Shown here: positions 37,326 to 51,348 of the stretch, piece after piece
Position numbering within the stretch: position 1 is the stretch's first letter
Layout: every line of letters begins with the position of its first letter
Source of the DNA: Felis catus
Taxonomy: Eukaryota
Assembly: GCF_018350175.1 (NCBI RefSeq)
Contig: NC_058373.1
Location: 101,062,001-101,126,000 of the forward strand
Direction of reading: 5' to 3'
Length of the DNA stretch: 64,000 nucleotides
Translations under genes and position numbers: made by a program
The notes under the pieces: generated by a model
Seen by the model: the letters and a program-made list of their open reading frames with translations, nothing else
Told to the model about the DNA's origin: nothing
Databases searched by the model: none

Positions 37326-37459
37326 CAGGCTCTGTGCTGACAGCTCAGAGCCTGGAGCCTGTTTCAGATTCTGTGTCTCCCTCTCTCTCTGCCCCTCCCC
37401 TGTTCATGCTCTGTCTCTCTCTGTCTCTCTCTGTCTCAAAAATAAATAAACGTTAAAAA
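37326..37459 (+). mobile_element. 5'-truncated CanSINE nested in the preceding SINE tail
   Basis: Starts mid-element at 'caggctctgtgctgacag'; TSD aaataagcatt at 37315-37325 and 37460-37470. Confidence 0.9.
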
Positions 37460-37503
37460 AAATAAGCATTAAAAATTTTTTTTAATTTTTTAAATATATA
37501 ATA

Positions 37504-37720
37504 GGGCCACCTGGGTGGCTCAAGTCAGTTAAGTGTCCAACTTCAGCTCAGGTCATGATCTCGTGGTTCAAGAGTTCAAGCCCTGCGTCGGGCTCTGTGC
37601 TGACAGCTCAGAGCCCAGAGCCTGCTTTGAACTGTGTGTGTGTGTCTCTCTCTGTCCCTCCTCCACTTGTGTTCTGTCTTTCTCTCTGTCTCTCTCAAAA
37701 ACAAATAAACATTTTTTTAA

Positions 37721-37770
<50 letters not shown>
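37504..37770 (+). mobile_element. CanSINE followed by (TA)n
   Basis: Head, CT tract, tail; (TA)n at 37722-37768. Confidence 0.9.
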
Positions 37771-37771
<1 letters not shown>

Positions 37772-38059
37772 AAAGTTGACCCTCAAAATTAGAAAATTTT
37801 CAGTCTCTTCCCATTTCAGGACTTCAAATCATCCACTCTTGCTTATCACCCTATGTGACTGGGAAAGCAAGTGTCTTCAACAAATACCTCTAACAAGAAC
37901 TGTAGACATCAATTAAATCAATGAGAGGATGAATATGGAATATGATGACAAATATATATAATGCCCTATGACCTCATTGATTTACTAACTTTTAATCTTC
38001 CATTGCACAGAATCCTGAATTTCATACATTTCTGGTTATTTCTCAAAAATTTCCTTGCT

Positions 38060-38278
38060 GGGGCTCCTGGGTGTCTCAATTGGTTAAGTGTCCAACTTTG
38101 GCTCAGGTGATGATCTCAAGGTTGGTGAGTTCAAGACCCACACCCGGCTCTGTGCTGATAGCTCGGAGCCTGAAGCCTGCTTTGGATTCTGTGTCTCCCT
38201 CTCTCTCTGCCTCTCCCTTGCTCATGCTCTGTCTATCTCTGTCAAAAATAAATAAAAATTTAAAAAATTTTTTTAAAA
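38060..38278 (+). mobile_element. CanSINE
   Basis: Head, CT tract, tail. Confidence 0.9.
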
Positions 38279-39919
38279 GTTCCTTTTTGCCCTTTCTGAC
38301 TTTAAATATAATTCTGGAAAAGTATCTGCCTATTGGATCCTTAACATCTACCATAACATAATCTGTAATGCTTCTAAAACACGTTTTGGATTATGTGTGA
38401 TCCCATATAATGTTGTTATGAATTATATTCTATCTTGCTTGTTCCCTCTTTGTTTCCTGTCTTCTCAAGTTTCTTTTGGGAGCAGATTAATAAAGATATT
38501 TTGTATCTGAAGACTTTTTTCTGCCTTCTAGGTATATATTTATCTCTGAGATGCACTGCCTTTGCACTCAGCTTTTTCTTGGATTTCCTTACATTTCTAT
38601 AGGTGGTTCTGCCTTGACAGTTCTATCTACTGGCATACAAACTATCCAGATAAGATACTAAGTCAAGATTTTAACTTCTCTTGCTTCTATCCTATGGCTA
38701 TGTTACAATTCTCTTCCCATATATCATTAGCTAATATATATACCTTATACTCTAAATCTGTCTTAGCCCCCACTCATTGTTGGAACTTTAGATATGTATT
38801 GTTATGGATCCACTTGTTATATATTTAGTTATCACAAAGATAATCCCAAAGATAGTCTTCCTTGATTTTTGCCAAATCTATAAAAATTGTGTGAGCTTTA
38901 ATCTTCTGTGCAAGATTAGAGACTTCGTAGACCCAAGTGTGGAAAGAGAGAGGATTATTAAAAAAATAAATTCTCAAGGAATTTATAGATAGCACCTGCA
39001 GTTCGAGGCAGTGATGCTCTTGATTTTCATAGGCCTTGAAATGAGCAGTTTAATCCAAGTGTACCAAAATCTCAAGGAGCATTAGGCTTCAGGTGACATC
39101 TCAGTAACAGATATAAGTCTAATTAGCAATGTGAGATATGTTAGTAATTGGCAAATATGTATCAACAAAATATAGACAATTATTATTTAGTAAACAACTG
39201 GTGATATGGAGTAAATTAGTAGCTTGTAGTAAATGCTTATTAGTGATGTGTAATGAGCCTGGATCATGGAATGCTGGTAGGTGGCTTGACTTGCTTCTTA
39301 CCCCGTACTCCTGAGAATACAGGAAACAGGGCAAGCATCTTTTCCATACAGTCATATTAAAAGTTCCACGAATCCCCAATGTTACATTAAAAGAACCAAC
39401 TTTTCCTGTGTCCTGTAACATTGATGCATGGTAGTTAAAAAAGAAAATTCCATGCTCTTGAAAAGAAAAAACTGTATATGAACCAGCAGAAAGCTGTATC
39501 CATAGTTGGAACTTCAAAGTTACTCTTTCTACTCCTCTTCCCTTTAACTACCATCTTTACACCAGTCCTAGTCTCAACCTTTGGTGCTTTAGGCTGCCAT
39601 CTTTTCAAGTTCTGACTTTGGGGAAACTACAAGATTAAGAAGCAGTCACCCTCTTGGCTTACTCTCTGACACACTCATGTTGCCAAGGGGAAAGGAATCC
39701 ACTGTCTACCAGTTATACCTTTCTATGATCCCTGTCACATTTCCCTTCTTAGACAGAGTCACTTCCTATATCCACAGGGTATTTTGAGGGAAGCCCTCAG
39801 TCCTATGAACCTTCTCGATGTCTCTCTGCATTACTAGAAAAAGAGGCACTTCTTGAAGGTAGAGTGGAATCTACATGACACAACATGCTCATTGTTTTTT
39901 AAGTTGCAAACAACAATTT

Positions 39920-40130
39920 TAGAATCAGACCAGTCTGGGTTCAAATTCTGACTTTATTACTTAATATTGGGGAGACTCAAAGGAAACTGGACATACCCTT
40001 TCTCAATTTGTTTCCATAAAGAGGAATAATGAAACCTACTTTGTAGTGCTGTTGTACGGATATGGGATAATTTATGTTAGATGCTGGAATGTGGTCTGTG
40101 CAAAATAGGTTCTCAATTAATGGTAACTTG
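39920..40130 (+). mobile_element. MIR fragment
   Basis: 'agaatcagac..tctgggttcaaattctgact' MIR head plus degenerate core. Confidence 0.6.
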
Positions 40131-41251
40131 CTATTCTTAGAACAGCTTCTCTAGTATCAGGAAGAGAACTCCCTGGCGTAAGCTAAGCAAACACTATAGT
40201 TGCTTCTGTGGAAGTAAGGGGAGCACTTTACAACGTGGATAATCTAAGTGTGTACTGCAAGCATTCAATAAATTCTAGTGAACAAATAATAATAGACTGT
40301 TTCCTGTTTATACCAGAAGAATATCTTTCTTTTTCCCTAAACAGCTCATGGACGTCATCGTCTTCAAGAGTTCATTGTACTCTGATATTCCCAGTTAATA
40401 AAATGCCATGTCCAACAAACAATATACTCTTAGCTGCAGATTAGTAAGTCGAAAGCTATTAACGAACACGTCAAGGTCTTGAATATGCCATTATAAGTGG
40501 TTCTCATAACATGACCTTGATTACTAAAAGATCTAGAAATATCTTCTGAATCATCAAAGACTAAATTGGTTCAATATGATTTTTCCATTGAGCATATATG
40601 TGGCATTCAAAGCCTTTGAAAATGGGAGCCGAGGGAAGCTCCTTGAGGAAAGGTCAGGGTGTTCTTGGTTATAGTCTAATGATCTATTTACACAATGCCT
40701 AGAGAAGTAAGAGCTCAATAAATATTTGTTGAACTTAAAAACAGAGGGTAGAGGGGTAAGGTATGTAGCATATATGGCCATTCAGTCTTCTAACCAGGGA
40801 TTTAATTAGTAAGAACAACATATTGCTAAACAACAAGAGAAAACAGAGGCATCATGTCTTAATATTAGTAACTAAAAAGCAGAATTTCCTTATGAGATGG
40901 AATTTCTCTAGTTATGCTGCCAAGGGAGTCACCCTATTATTTTCTCATCTGTGTGAACAGTGATTCCTGAAGATAGATAAAAGTGCAAGAGATAGGTTTC
41001 CTAAACATGCAGGCATTCCCCTAATTTGGCAATGTTACTTTCACAAAATCAGCACTTTAAAATTATATGCTGACTCCGCATTTGATTTTTACACACCAGA
41101 TTTAGACTTTAGAACAGCAGCTAATGATCTAATATTTCAAGTCATCATTTACATAGCTGCCTGCCAGACAACAATTTAATGTTGGTATCATTACTTCATT
41201 TGTCCCCAAAGCAGTTTGCATGATTAATGATTAAATACATATACATATATA

Positions 41252-41297
<46 letters not shown>

Positions 41298-41451
41298 TAT
41301 ATAAATAACAATCTTTCCATCATAGTTTTATGAAGATGTTGCTACTAGAAATAAGAAGCATAATTCAGATAAACTTCATAACACTGACATAAAGACAATA
41401 ATTATTAGGCAATCCAAACCAGAATACAATAATCTCCAATTAGAAGCTTAA

Positions 41452-41663
41452 GGGGCACCTGAGTGGCTCGGTTGGTTAAGCATCCAACTTTGGTTCAGGT
41501 CATGATCTTACGATTCGTGAGTGTGAGCCTCACACGGGGCTCTACACTGACAGTGCAGACTCTGGGATTTTCTCTCTCCCTCTCTATCAGCCCCTCGCCT
41601 GCTCATGCACACTCACTCTTTCTTTCTCTCTCTCAAAATAGATTAACTTAAAACAATTTTTTT
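41452..41663 (+). mobile_element. CanSINE
   Basis: Head, CT tract, tail. Confidence 0.88.
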
Positions 41664-41959
41664 TATCTACTTAAAGTGTATTTAACTCAAGATATTCAAA
41701 GATCAAAGGTATGAAATATTGCAAGTACAACATCAAAGATTAGCTCTAAATAAATACTCAGGTATAATTGTGAATTTGTGCTATAATATAGATTCCTCTT
41801 TGTTACAAAGAAGTCCATATACATATATCCCTTTTCAGAAATATATGGTGTAAAACAGAATGCGATCACCTGTGATTAAATGAGGAAATTGCACGTATGA
41901 TAGAAAAATGAAGACTTTAGAAGCTTTTGACTGTCCTTTTTCTGTAAACCTTTTTTAAA

Positions 41960-42175
41960 AAAACATTTTTTTAATGTTTATTTATTTTTGAGACAGAGAG
42001 AGACAGAGCCTGAATGGGGGAGGGTCAGAGAGAGAGGGAGACACAGAATCTGAAGCAGGCTCCAGGCTCGGAGCTGTCAGCACAGAGCCCGACACGGGGC
42101 TCAAACTCATGGACCATCAGATCATGACCTGAGCCAAAGTCGGACGCTCAACCGACTGAGCCACCTAGGCGCTCC
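41960..42175 (-). mobile_element. CanSINE
   Basis: Reverse head; TSD ctgtaaacctttttt at 41942 and 42175. Confidence 0.92.
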
Positions 42176-43479
42176 TGTAAACCTTTTTTTTTTTTTTTTT
42201 TTAACATAGCCCTGCTTTAAAATACTGGCATGTGCCATTTGTAACATATGCATATTCTTTCTCTTCCACTCATTTGGAGACAAAGTAAGGTTTCTTAAAT
42301 CTCAGTGAGATTATGATGATTTTTGAAGTGTGAACGTTGTGGTTCTACAACCTCAACCGCCAAAGATCAGCCTTGCTGAAGCTAATATGAAGATAACTTA
42401 AGAGAAGGCAGCAGAGTGACACAGGCTGAGAAGAAATGAGTAGCCTTCATACCTAATACATTACTTCATTCCTTCTGTCAAAAGCCAAGTTGCCAGTCTC
42501 CCCTGGCAGACCTTGTTTTCCACCAGCCCTCGGTTCATGCCAGGTCTCGGAAGCAGGGCTGTGCCGGGAGCATTCATGGGCCCTCCACCACCTTCAAAGT
42601 GCCTCACCTTGACAGATTCCTGGTTCCTGTGTTGCCCCAGAACGTGCAGCCCAGGCTCCTTCTGTCTTTCTGGAACATCTGCGTACAAAGAAGAAGGGAG
42701 TTTTCCCCCAAACTGATGTTTTATTTTCCCATTTCTCTTTTGGAGCTAAATCTTTTATATTTGCTAACCTAAACTCACTCTGACACGCTTTGTGTGAATT
42801 TTTGTTTTGAACCAGAAACATGAAATTTAACCTAGCATTCTTGGGAGAAATCACAAAATGACTGCTTTAACTGATATTTTATTGAATTAGGACATATATT
42901 ACAACATCTGTTTCATAGTTACTATAATAAATAATGTTTCACTTCTCAAGAGTGAGTTATAAAAATAATTGATTTTGACATCAGCCCATCTATTTAATAT
43001 GATCTATAAAGTGTTCAAAAATTTCTAAATAATATGATGGCCTGACAAAGGAGCCAATCTGCTAGCTGGGACAAGGATCTCTGTCTAGGGGATCCCAAAG
43101 ACACAGTTACAAAGACTGTAGGTGTCTGCTGTGTAGTCCCAAAGTTTGTTTATCCATCCAGCATAGCCTGGTGTAAAAGTCTCGTATTTGTTTCTATGGT
43201 TATAAATGATCCCACCCTTCTGGACATTTACATTGAATCAGCCAGCCAGCCAGCCAGCCAGTTGTACAAAAAAGGGTCTGGGAGTAATTAAAATTAGAGT
43301 TATATATATATATTTTTTTGCCATTTTACCATTCTTTATCAGACTCCAACAAAATCAACATATCTGAGACAAGAACAGTGTATGTGAAAATGGTGAAGAT
43401 ACATTAGCAAACATAAGACCACATGAGTAATTAATGCAAGCTATTAATGTGTGTGGATCAGGTGTCCCTCCCTACACCT

Positions 43480-43955
43480 CACCAGCTGTGTCTGCCACAG
43501 GAATGCAAACAAGTCCACCCGAGCCTGGCCCACTGAGGGGTGGGCCCAGTAGGGCCCGAGTTGTGTGAGGAATCCTGGAGACTCCTGGGAAGGAGCTCTT
43601 CCTGAGGAGAGGAAAGGTTTGTTCTAGTGACAGTGCTTCCACTATCAGAGGAGGTGGGGATAATGGGAACAGCAAAACATTTATCTCTCAGATTTGTCCT
43701 TCAATATTCTCTTCAGGAAGTGGCAGTGAGGGAGCTGCCAGTAAAGGTGGAAGGAAGCCTCTGTGGCATTTTGGGAAATGGGAGACTCTTGCCTGGCACA
43801 CAGTGTCTCCAAAGCATTGGTGGCAGTGGTAGTGAAGTCGTGAGGGCAGCAGCCCCAGCACTGGAGGGCCCCGAGCACCTATCAGGCAGGAAGAGAGGGA
43901 TGGCGGGCCCTTGCCAGGCACCTCAGTATGGCGCCACCACCAGAGTTGTGGCATA
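43480..43955. mobile_element. Possible old LTR (MaLR/ERVL-type) fragment
   Basis: GC-richer block of about 470 bp ending in ...ttgtggca; family not confidently recognised. Confidence 0.3.
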
Positions 43956-44809
43956 CTAATTTATTGAACTTTATTTCTATTTTGCATTGGAAAGGGATGA
44001 AGCAATGGTTATAGTTCTGAGAATAGCAAGACCTTGGGCCCCACTTCATAAGAAGGCCAAGGGCTCCAACACTTGCCTGTTGCCCCAGCAGAGCCATCTG
44101 GTTTTATGGAACCTCACAGGCTTGGGTAATGAGCGTATCTGCAGGCTGTTCCCAAATATTTAGAACCACACACAACTCCGAAGCCTTCGCCAGGATTCAT
44201 AGGGCCCCCAGCAGTGATAGATTATGTATTCCAGTCTGGCAGAATGGGAGCTATGAACGTACTTAATTTGATTTGGAAAAATTTTGACAACTGTGCCATT
44301 TCTCATGTTAGAGCATTATGATGGAATCACATCCATGCCAACGACATTGGGGGGATGGAACAAAAGAAATTCTATGATTGCTAATGACTCCATTTTTGCT
44401 CCCCAAGCTAGAACAAAAAGAGTTACAAAACCAAATGCTAAGAAGTTGCTGAGGTAACCGTTTTCAGCTAATGCCAAACACCAACCACTTACGTAGAGTA
44501 AGTGGTAGGAAAGAAACGTGTGTTGCAAGGAAAAGAAAAAAACATATGGCATGACTCTGGCCCAGTGACAAGCAACGATTTCTAAATAAAAATTTCTTAT
44601 TTATCTGGGAAGTTGTTGATTAAATAGCAGTGGTAATCACAGACTTTAGTTTCACTGCTTCCAACTCATCTGTTTTGCACAAGCTTAACAAACTGCCCAC
44701 CCTCATTCGTGCCTATAGTATCTGATCTATGAGAGCCAATATTGGTTAAAGGGCATCATGCGTTGTGAAGAAGGCCTGTACACAGTTGCCTTACAATTGC
44801 CACCATTCT

Positions 44810-45032
44810 GGGGGCGCCTGGGTGGCTCAGTCGGTTGAGCTTCCAACTTCGGCTCAGGTCACGATCTCGCGGTCCGTGAGTTCGAGCCCCGCGTCGGGCT
44901 CTGTGCTGACAGCTCAGAGCCTGGAACCTGCTTTGGATTCTGTGTCTCCCTCTCTCTCTGCCCCTCCCCTGCTCATGCTCTGTCTCTCTCTGTCTCAAAA
45001 ATAAATTTTAAAAAACATTAAAAAAAAAAAAA
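44810..45032 (+). mobile_element. Young CanSINE
   Basis: CpGs intact; perfect TSD acaattgccaccattctgg at 44793-44811 and 45033-45051. Confidence 0.95.
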
Positions 45033-45309
45033 ACAATTGCCACCATTCTGGTCTCACATGAAGAGAGTGATCATGGAAGTCAGATATTTACTGATGTGAG
45101 GCGAGTCAAGTACTGTCTATCCTAAAGGATGTGAGGGGGTGGAGGGGTGGGGAGGAGTAAATGTAATATTTGATATAAATCATACTTAATTACCAAAGAA
45201 GTTTGGTGAACAGTCTTGAAGGCCAAGCCTAGAATAGTTGTGACAGATTTGTTGCAAAAAAGAATATGTTAGAATTTCTGTTTGTATTTTTGTATCTTAT
45301 TTGTTTACA

Positions 45310-45522
45310 ATTTTTTTAGTGTTTATTTATCTTTGAGACAGAGGGAGAGACAGGGTGTGAATGGGGGAGGGGCAGAGAGAGAGGGAGACAGAGAATCCGA
45401 AGCAGGCTCCAGGCTCTGAGCTGTCAGCACAGAGCCCACTGCAAGGCTCAAACTCATGAACCACGAGATCATGACCTGAGCCAAAGTCTGATGCTTAACC
45501 AACTGAGCCACCCAGGCCCCCC
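45310..45522 (-). mobile_element. CanSINE
   Basis: Reverse head; TSD ttgtatcttattt. Confidence 0.9.
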
Positions 45523-46106
45523 TCTACTTGTATCTTATTTATATAATCCTCAATCATTTGAAATATACGGATTGACACTGGTGCCCATACTCCAATGTGT
45601 CAGAAGGTCATGCGCCATTAACAAAATGAGGGAGCAATCCCAAAACACAGAAAGGCCACCTCTCTGTGAGTAGCTCCTACTTGTGAGTGTGCACTCAGTA
45701 TATTAAGGCTTATCACTGTGCCCAGTTAAGTGAACTTACAGAGTTTATTTTCTAATTCACAAAATGGGCAAGCGAATTAAACATACTCTTAAAATGAAGT
45801 CCCAAACTGAAATATTCCCCATAATACAAACATGGGCAATTAGACTGGCCACTTTCTTTCAGTTATGAATTGAAAACAAAGAAATTTTTTTAAACGTATC
45901 CAGGAGTTGTTTAGAATCATTAAGGATGAGCTTGGAAATTACAAATTCAACTTGTTAAGGTTAAACCTTGCACTAATGATATAAAATCACCTAGGATATT
46001 AGCTAATAATGTTTAGAGCCACTGCTATCAGCAAGTCATTTATAAACTAAGAAACTAGAAGATATTAAAATAAATTTTGATGAGGGAACATATTTTTGTG
46101 CTATCA

Positions 46107-46307
46107 ATTTTTCTAACGTTTATTTATTCTGGAGAGAGTGGAAGTGGTGGAGGGGTAGAGAGAGTGGGAGGGAAAGAATCCCAAGCAGGCTCCACACTGT
46201 CAGTGCAAAGCCCAATGTGGGGCTCAGACTCACACACCATGAGATCATGACCTGAACTGAAACCAAGAGTCAGACGTTCAACCAACTGAGCTACCCACTG
46301 TGCCCCA
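46107..46307 (-). mobile_element. CanSINE (older)
   Basis: Reverse head; degenerate TSD tgtgct(a/g)t(c/t)aatttt. Confidence 0.88.
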
Positions 46308-46916
46308 CTGTGCTGTTAATTTTAAAATAATGTTAAAACATTACGTATTTCACCTTCATCTTACTCTTTTACAATTCCTTTTGTTTTTATCTCTTTTATA
46401 ATGTACATATAAAAATGTGGGAAAAACTCGTAATATGGGTGAATCAATAAAACTCAGAAACCATTCCTAAGGTTGCAAATCAGGAATATATACAAACATA
46501 TTTCACAGAGTGCTCTGAAGTCTTAACCTGCAAATGTGATTGAATCTTTCTCTAAAATTGGGCCTTAGATATTTAAAAAAAGGATTCTGAGATAAGAATA
46601 AAATTTTGTAACCACTGCATCCACTATAGGCAGTCTTATACCTTAATCTATAATTGGTAGAAAAAAATCCGCCCATTTTAGAAATATGCTCCCAATCATT
46701 TTTTATTCACTGGAAACATAGAAATCCTGTTGTTAGAACTTTAAGTCAACATAATTGCCAAGATACAACCAGTACCTCCATGGAAGCTCAGGAGTGAAAG
46801 GTTCAAGGAGATACACAAGGAGAACAGTTAGGTTTATTGTTCATAAGTGGCTTTGAGTTCTGATAACAATACAATTGCATGTACAGAGATATAGCATACA
46901 TTTTACTAAACAATTG

Positions 46917-47119
46917 TTTTGATGTTTAGTCATTTTTGAGAGGCAGAGACAGAGCACAGGTCAGGGAGGGGCAGAGAGAGAGGGAGACACAGAATCTGAT
47001 GCAGGCTCCAGGCTCTGAGCTGTTAGCACAGAGCCCAACGTAGGGCTTAAACCCACACACCTTGAGACCATGACATGAGCCAAAGTAGGACCCTTAACTG
47101 ACTAAGCCCCCAGGGGCCC
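46917..47119 (-). mobile_element. CanSINE
   Basis: GA tract and reverse head. Confidence 0.88.
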
Positions 47120-47476
47120 TTAAGCCATATTTAACTCAACTAGTTAAATTAGCCCTCAGCTAGACATAGTTTTAAAGCCAAGATAAAGATTAATCATACT
47201 TTTAGTATTTATTTTTTTTCCTTTGACTTTCTTCTGTTTTTAATTTTTTTTAATATATGAAATTTATTGACAAATTGGTTTCCATACAACACCCAGTGCT
47301 CATCCCAAAAGGTGCCCTCCTCAATACCCATCACCCACCCTCTCCTCCCTCCCACCCCCCATCAACCCTCAGTTTGTTCTCAGTTTTTAACAGTCTCTTA
47401 TGCTTTGGCTCTCTCCCACTCTAACCTCTTTTTTTTTTTTTTCCTTCCCCTCCCCCATGGGTTCCTGTTAAGTTTC

Positions 47477-50400
47477 TCAGGATCCACATAAGAGTGAAAC
47501 CATATGGTATCTGTCTTTCTCTGTATGGCTTATTTCACTTAGCATCACACTCTCCAGTTCCATCCACGTTGCTACAAAAGGCCATATTTCATTTTTTCTC
47601 ATTGCCACGTAGTATTCCATTGTGTATATAAACCACAATTTCTTTATCCATTCATCAGTTGATGGACATTTAGGCTCTTTCCATAATTTGGCTATTGTTG
47701 AGAGTGCTGCTATGAACATTGGGGTACAAGTGGCCCTATGCATCAGTACTCCTGTATCCCTTGGATAAATTCCTAGCAGTGCTATTGCTGGGTCATAGGG
47801 TAGGTCTATTTTTAATTTTCTGAGGAACCTCCACACTGCTTTCCAGAGCGGCTGCACCAATTTGCATTCCCACCAACAGTGCAAGAGGGTTCCCGTTTCT
47901 CCACATCCTCTCCAGCATCTATAGTCTCCTGATTTGTTCATTTTGGCCACTCTGACTGGCGTGAGGTGATACCTGAGTGTGGTTTTGATTTGTATTTCCC
48001 TGATAAGGAGCGACGCTGAACATCTTTTCATGTGCCTGTTGGCCATCCGGATGTCTTCTTTAGAGAAGTGTCTATTCATGTTTTCTGCCCATTTCTTCAC
48101 TGGGTTATTTGTTTTTCGGGTGTGGAGTTTGGTGAGCTCTTTATAGATTTTGGATACTAGCCCTTTTTCCGATATGTCATTTGCGAATATCTTTTCCCAT
48201 TCCGTTGGTTGCCTTTTAGTTTTGTTGGTTGTTTCCTTTGCTATGCAGAAGCTTTTTATCTTCATAAGGTCCCAGTAATTCACTTTTGCTTTTAATTCCC
48301 TTGCCTTTGGGGATGTGTCGAGTAAGAGATTGCTACGGCTGAGGTCAGAGAGGTCTTTTCCTGCTTTCTCCTCTAAGGTTTTGATGGTTTCCTGTCTCAC
48401 ATTTAGGTCCTGTATCCATTTTGAGTTTATTTTTGTGAATGGTGTGAGAAAGTGGTCTAGTTTCAACCTTCTGCATGTTGCTGTCCAGTTCTCCCAGCAC
48501 CATTTGTTAAAGAGGCTGTCTTTTTTCCATTGGATGTTCTTTCCTGCTTTGTCAAAGATGAGTTGGCCATACGTTTGTGGGTCTAGTTCTGGGGTTTCTA
48601 TTCTATTCCATTGGTCTATGTGTCTGTTTCTGTGCCAATACCATGCTGTCTTGATGATGACAGCTTTGTAGTAGAGGCTAAAGTCTGGGATGGTGATGCC
48701 TCCTGCTTTGGTCGTCTTCTTCAAAATTCCTTTGGCTATTCGGGGCCTTTTGTGGTTCCATATGAATTTTAGGATTGCTTGTTCTAGTTTCGAGAAGAAT
48801 GCTGGTGCAATTTTGATTGGGATTGCATTGAATGTGTAGATAGCTTTGGGTAGTATTGACATTTTGACAATATTTATTTTTCCAATCCATGAGCAGGGAA
48901 TGTCTTTCCATTTCTTTAAATCTTCTTCAATTACCTTCATAAGCTTTCTATAGTTTTCAGCATACAGATCCTTTACATCTTTGGTTAGATTTATTCCTAG
49001 GTATTTTATGCTTCTTGGTGCAATTGTGAATGGGATCAGTTTCTTTATTTGTCTTTCTGTTGCTTCATTGTTAGTGTATAAGAATGCAACTGATTTCTGT
49101 ACATTGATTTTGTATCCTGCAACTTTGCTGAATTCCTGTATCAGTTCTAGCAGACTTTTGGTGGAGTCTATTGGATTTTCCATGTATAATATCATGTCAT
49201 CTGCAAAAAGCGAAAGCTTGACTTCATCTTTGCCAATTTTGATGCCTTTGATTTCCTTTTGTTGTCTGATTGCTGATGCTAGAACTTCCAGCACTATGTT
49301 AAACAGCAGCGGTGAGAGTGGGCATCCTCCTTGTCGTGTTCCTGATCTCAGGGAAAAAGCTCTCAGTTTTTCCCCGTTGAGGATGATGTTAGCTGTGGGC
49401 TTTTCATAAATGGCTTTTATGATCTTTAAGTATGTTCCTTCTATCCCGACTTTCTCAAGGGTTTTTATTAAGAAAGGGTGCTGGATTTTGTCAAAGGCCT
49501 TTTCTGCATCGATTGACAGGATCATATGGTTCTTCTCTTTTCTTTTTGTTAATGTGATGTATCACGTTGATTGATTTGCGAATGTGGACCACCCCTGCAT
49601 CCCAGGAATGAATCCCACTTGATCATGGTGAATAATTCTTTTTATATGCCGTTGAATTCGATTTGCTAGTATCTTATTGAGAATTTTTACATCCATATTC
49701 ATCAGGGATATTGGCTTGTAGTTCTCTTTTTTTACTGGGTCTCTGTCTGGTTTAGGAATCAAAGTAATACTGGCTTCATAGAATGAGTCTGGGAGTTTTC
49801 CTTCCCTTTCTATTTCTTGGAATAGCTTGAGAAGGATAGGTATTATCTCTGCTTTAAACGTCTGGTAGAACTCCCCTGGGAAGCCTTCTGGTCCTGGACT
49901 CTTATTTGTTGGGAGATTTTTGATAACCAATTCAATTTCTTCGCTGGTTATGGGTCTGTTCAAGCTTTCTATTTCCTCCTGATTGAGTTTTGGAAGAGTG
50001 TGGGTGTTCAGGAATTTATCCATTTCTTCCAGGTTTTCCAGTTTGTTGGCATATAATTTTTCATAGTATTCCCTGATAATTGTTTGTATCTCTGAGGGAT
50101 TGGTTGTAATAATTCCATTTTCATTCATGATTTTATCTATTTGGGTCATCTCCCTTTTCTTTTTGAGAAGCCTGGCTAGAGGTTTGTCAATTTTGTTTAT
50201 TTTTTCAAAAAACCAACTCTTGGTTTCGTTGATCTGCTCTACAGTTTTTTTAGATTCTATATTGTTTATTTCTGCTCTGATCCTTATTATTTCTCTTCTT
50301 CTGCTGAGTTTAGGCTGCCTTTGCTGTTCTAGTTCCTTTAGGTGTGCTGTTAGATTTTGTATTTGGGATTTTTCTTGTTTCTTGAGATAGGCCTGGATTG

Positions 50401-51298
50401 CAATGTATTTTCCTCTCAGGACTGCCTTCGCTGCGTCCCAAAGCGTTTGGATTGTTGTATTTTCATTTTCGTTTGTTTCCATATATTTTTTAATTTCTTC
50501 TCTAATTGCCTGGTTGACCCACTCATTCGTTAATAGGGTGTTCTTTAACCTCCATGCTTTTGGAGGTTTTCCAGACTTTTTCCTGTGGTTGATTTCAAGC
50601 TTCATAGCATTGTGGTCTCAAAGTATGCATGGTATAATTTCAATTCTGGTAAACTTATGAAGGGCTGTTTTGTGACCCAGTATATGATCTATCTTGGAGA
50701 ATGTTCCATGTGCACTCGAGAAGAAAGTATATTCTGTTGCTTTGGGATGTAGAGTTCTAAATATATCTGTCAAGTCCATCTGATCCAATGTCTCATTCAG
50801 GGCCCTTGTTTCTTTATTGACCGTGTGTCTAGATGATCTATCCATTTCTGTAAGTGGGGTATTAAAGTCCCCTGCAATTACCACATTCTTATCAATAAGG
50901 TTGCTTATGTTTATGAGTAATTGTTTTATATATTTGGGGGCTCCGGTATTCGGCGCATAGACATTTATAATTGTTAGCTCTTCCTGGTGGATAGACCCTG
51001 TAACTATTATATAATGTCCTTCTTCATCTCTTGTTACAGCCTTTAATTTAAAGTCTAGTTTGTCTGATATAAGTATGGCTACTCCAGCTTTCTTTTGGCT
51101 TCCAGTAGCATGATAAATAGTTCTCCATCCCCTCACTCTCAATCTGAAGGTGTCCTCAGGTCTAAAATGAGTCTCTTGTAGACAGCAAATAGATGGGTCT
51201 TGTTTTTTTATCCATTCTGATACCCTATGTCTTTTGGTTGGCGCATTTAATCCATTTACATTCAGTGTTATTATAGAAAGATACGGGTTTAGAGTCAT
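47477..51298 (-). pseudogene. L1 ORF2p (APE endonuclease + reverse transcriptase), disrupted
   Basis: MTLNPYLSIITLNVNGLN start; LQETH, GDFN, FADD and HCWWEC motifs; 3822 nt in one overall frame; TGA at 50618-50620; -1/+1 indel pair at about 49545-49590 creates stops. Confidence 0.95.
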
Positions 51299-51348
51299 TG
51301 TGATGTCTGTATGTTTTATGCTTGTAGTGATGTCTCTGGGACTTTGTC

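Noticed and set aside
41241..41302. (TG)n(TA)n(CA)n self-complementary tract
   Set aside because: A common compound dinucleotide microsatellite.
42461..44097. Several overlapping ORFs in GC-richer blocks
   Set aside because: No recognisable protein or coherent splice structure; part is probably an old LTR.
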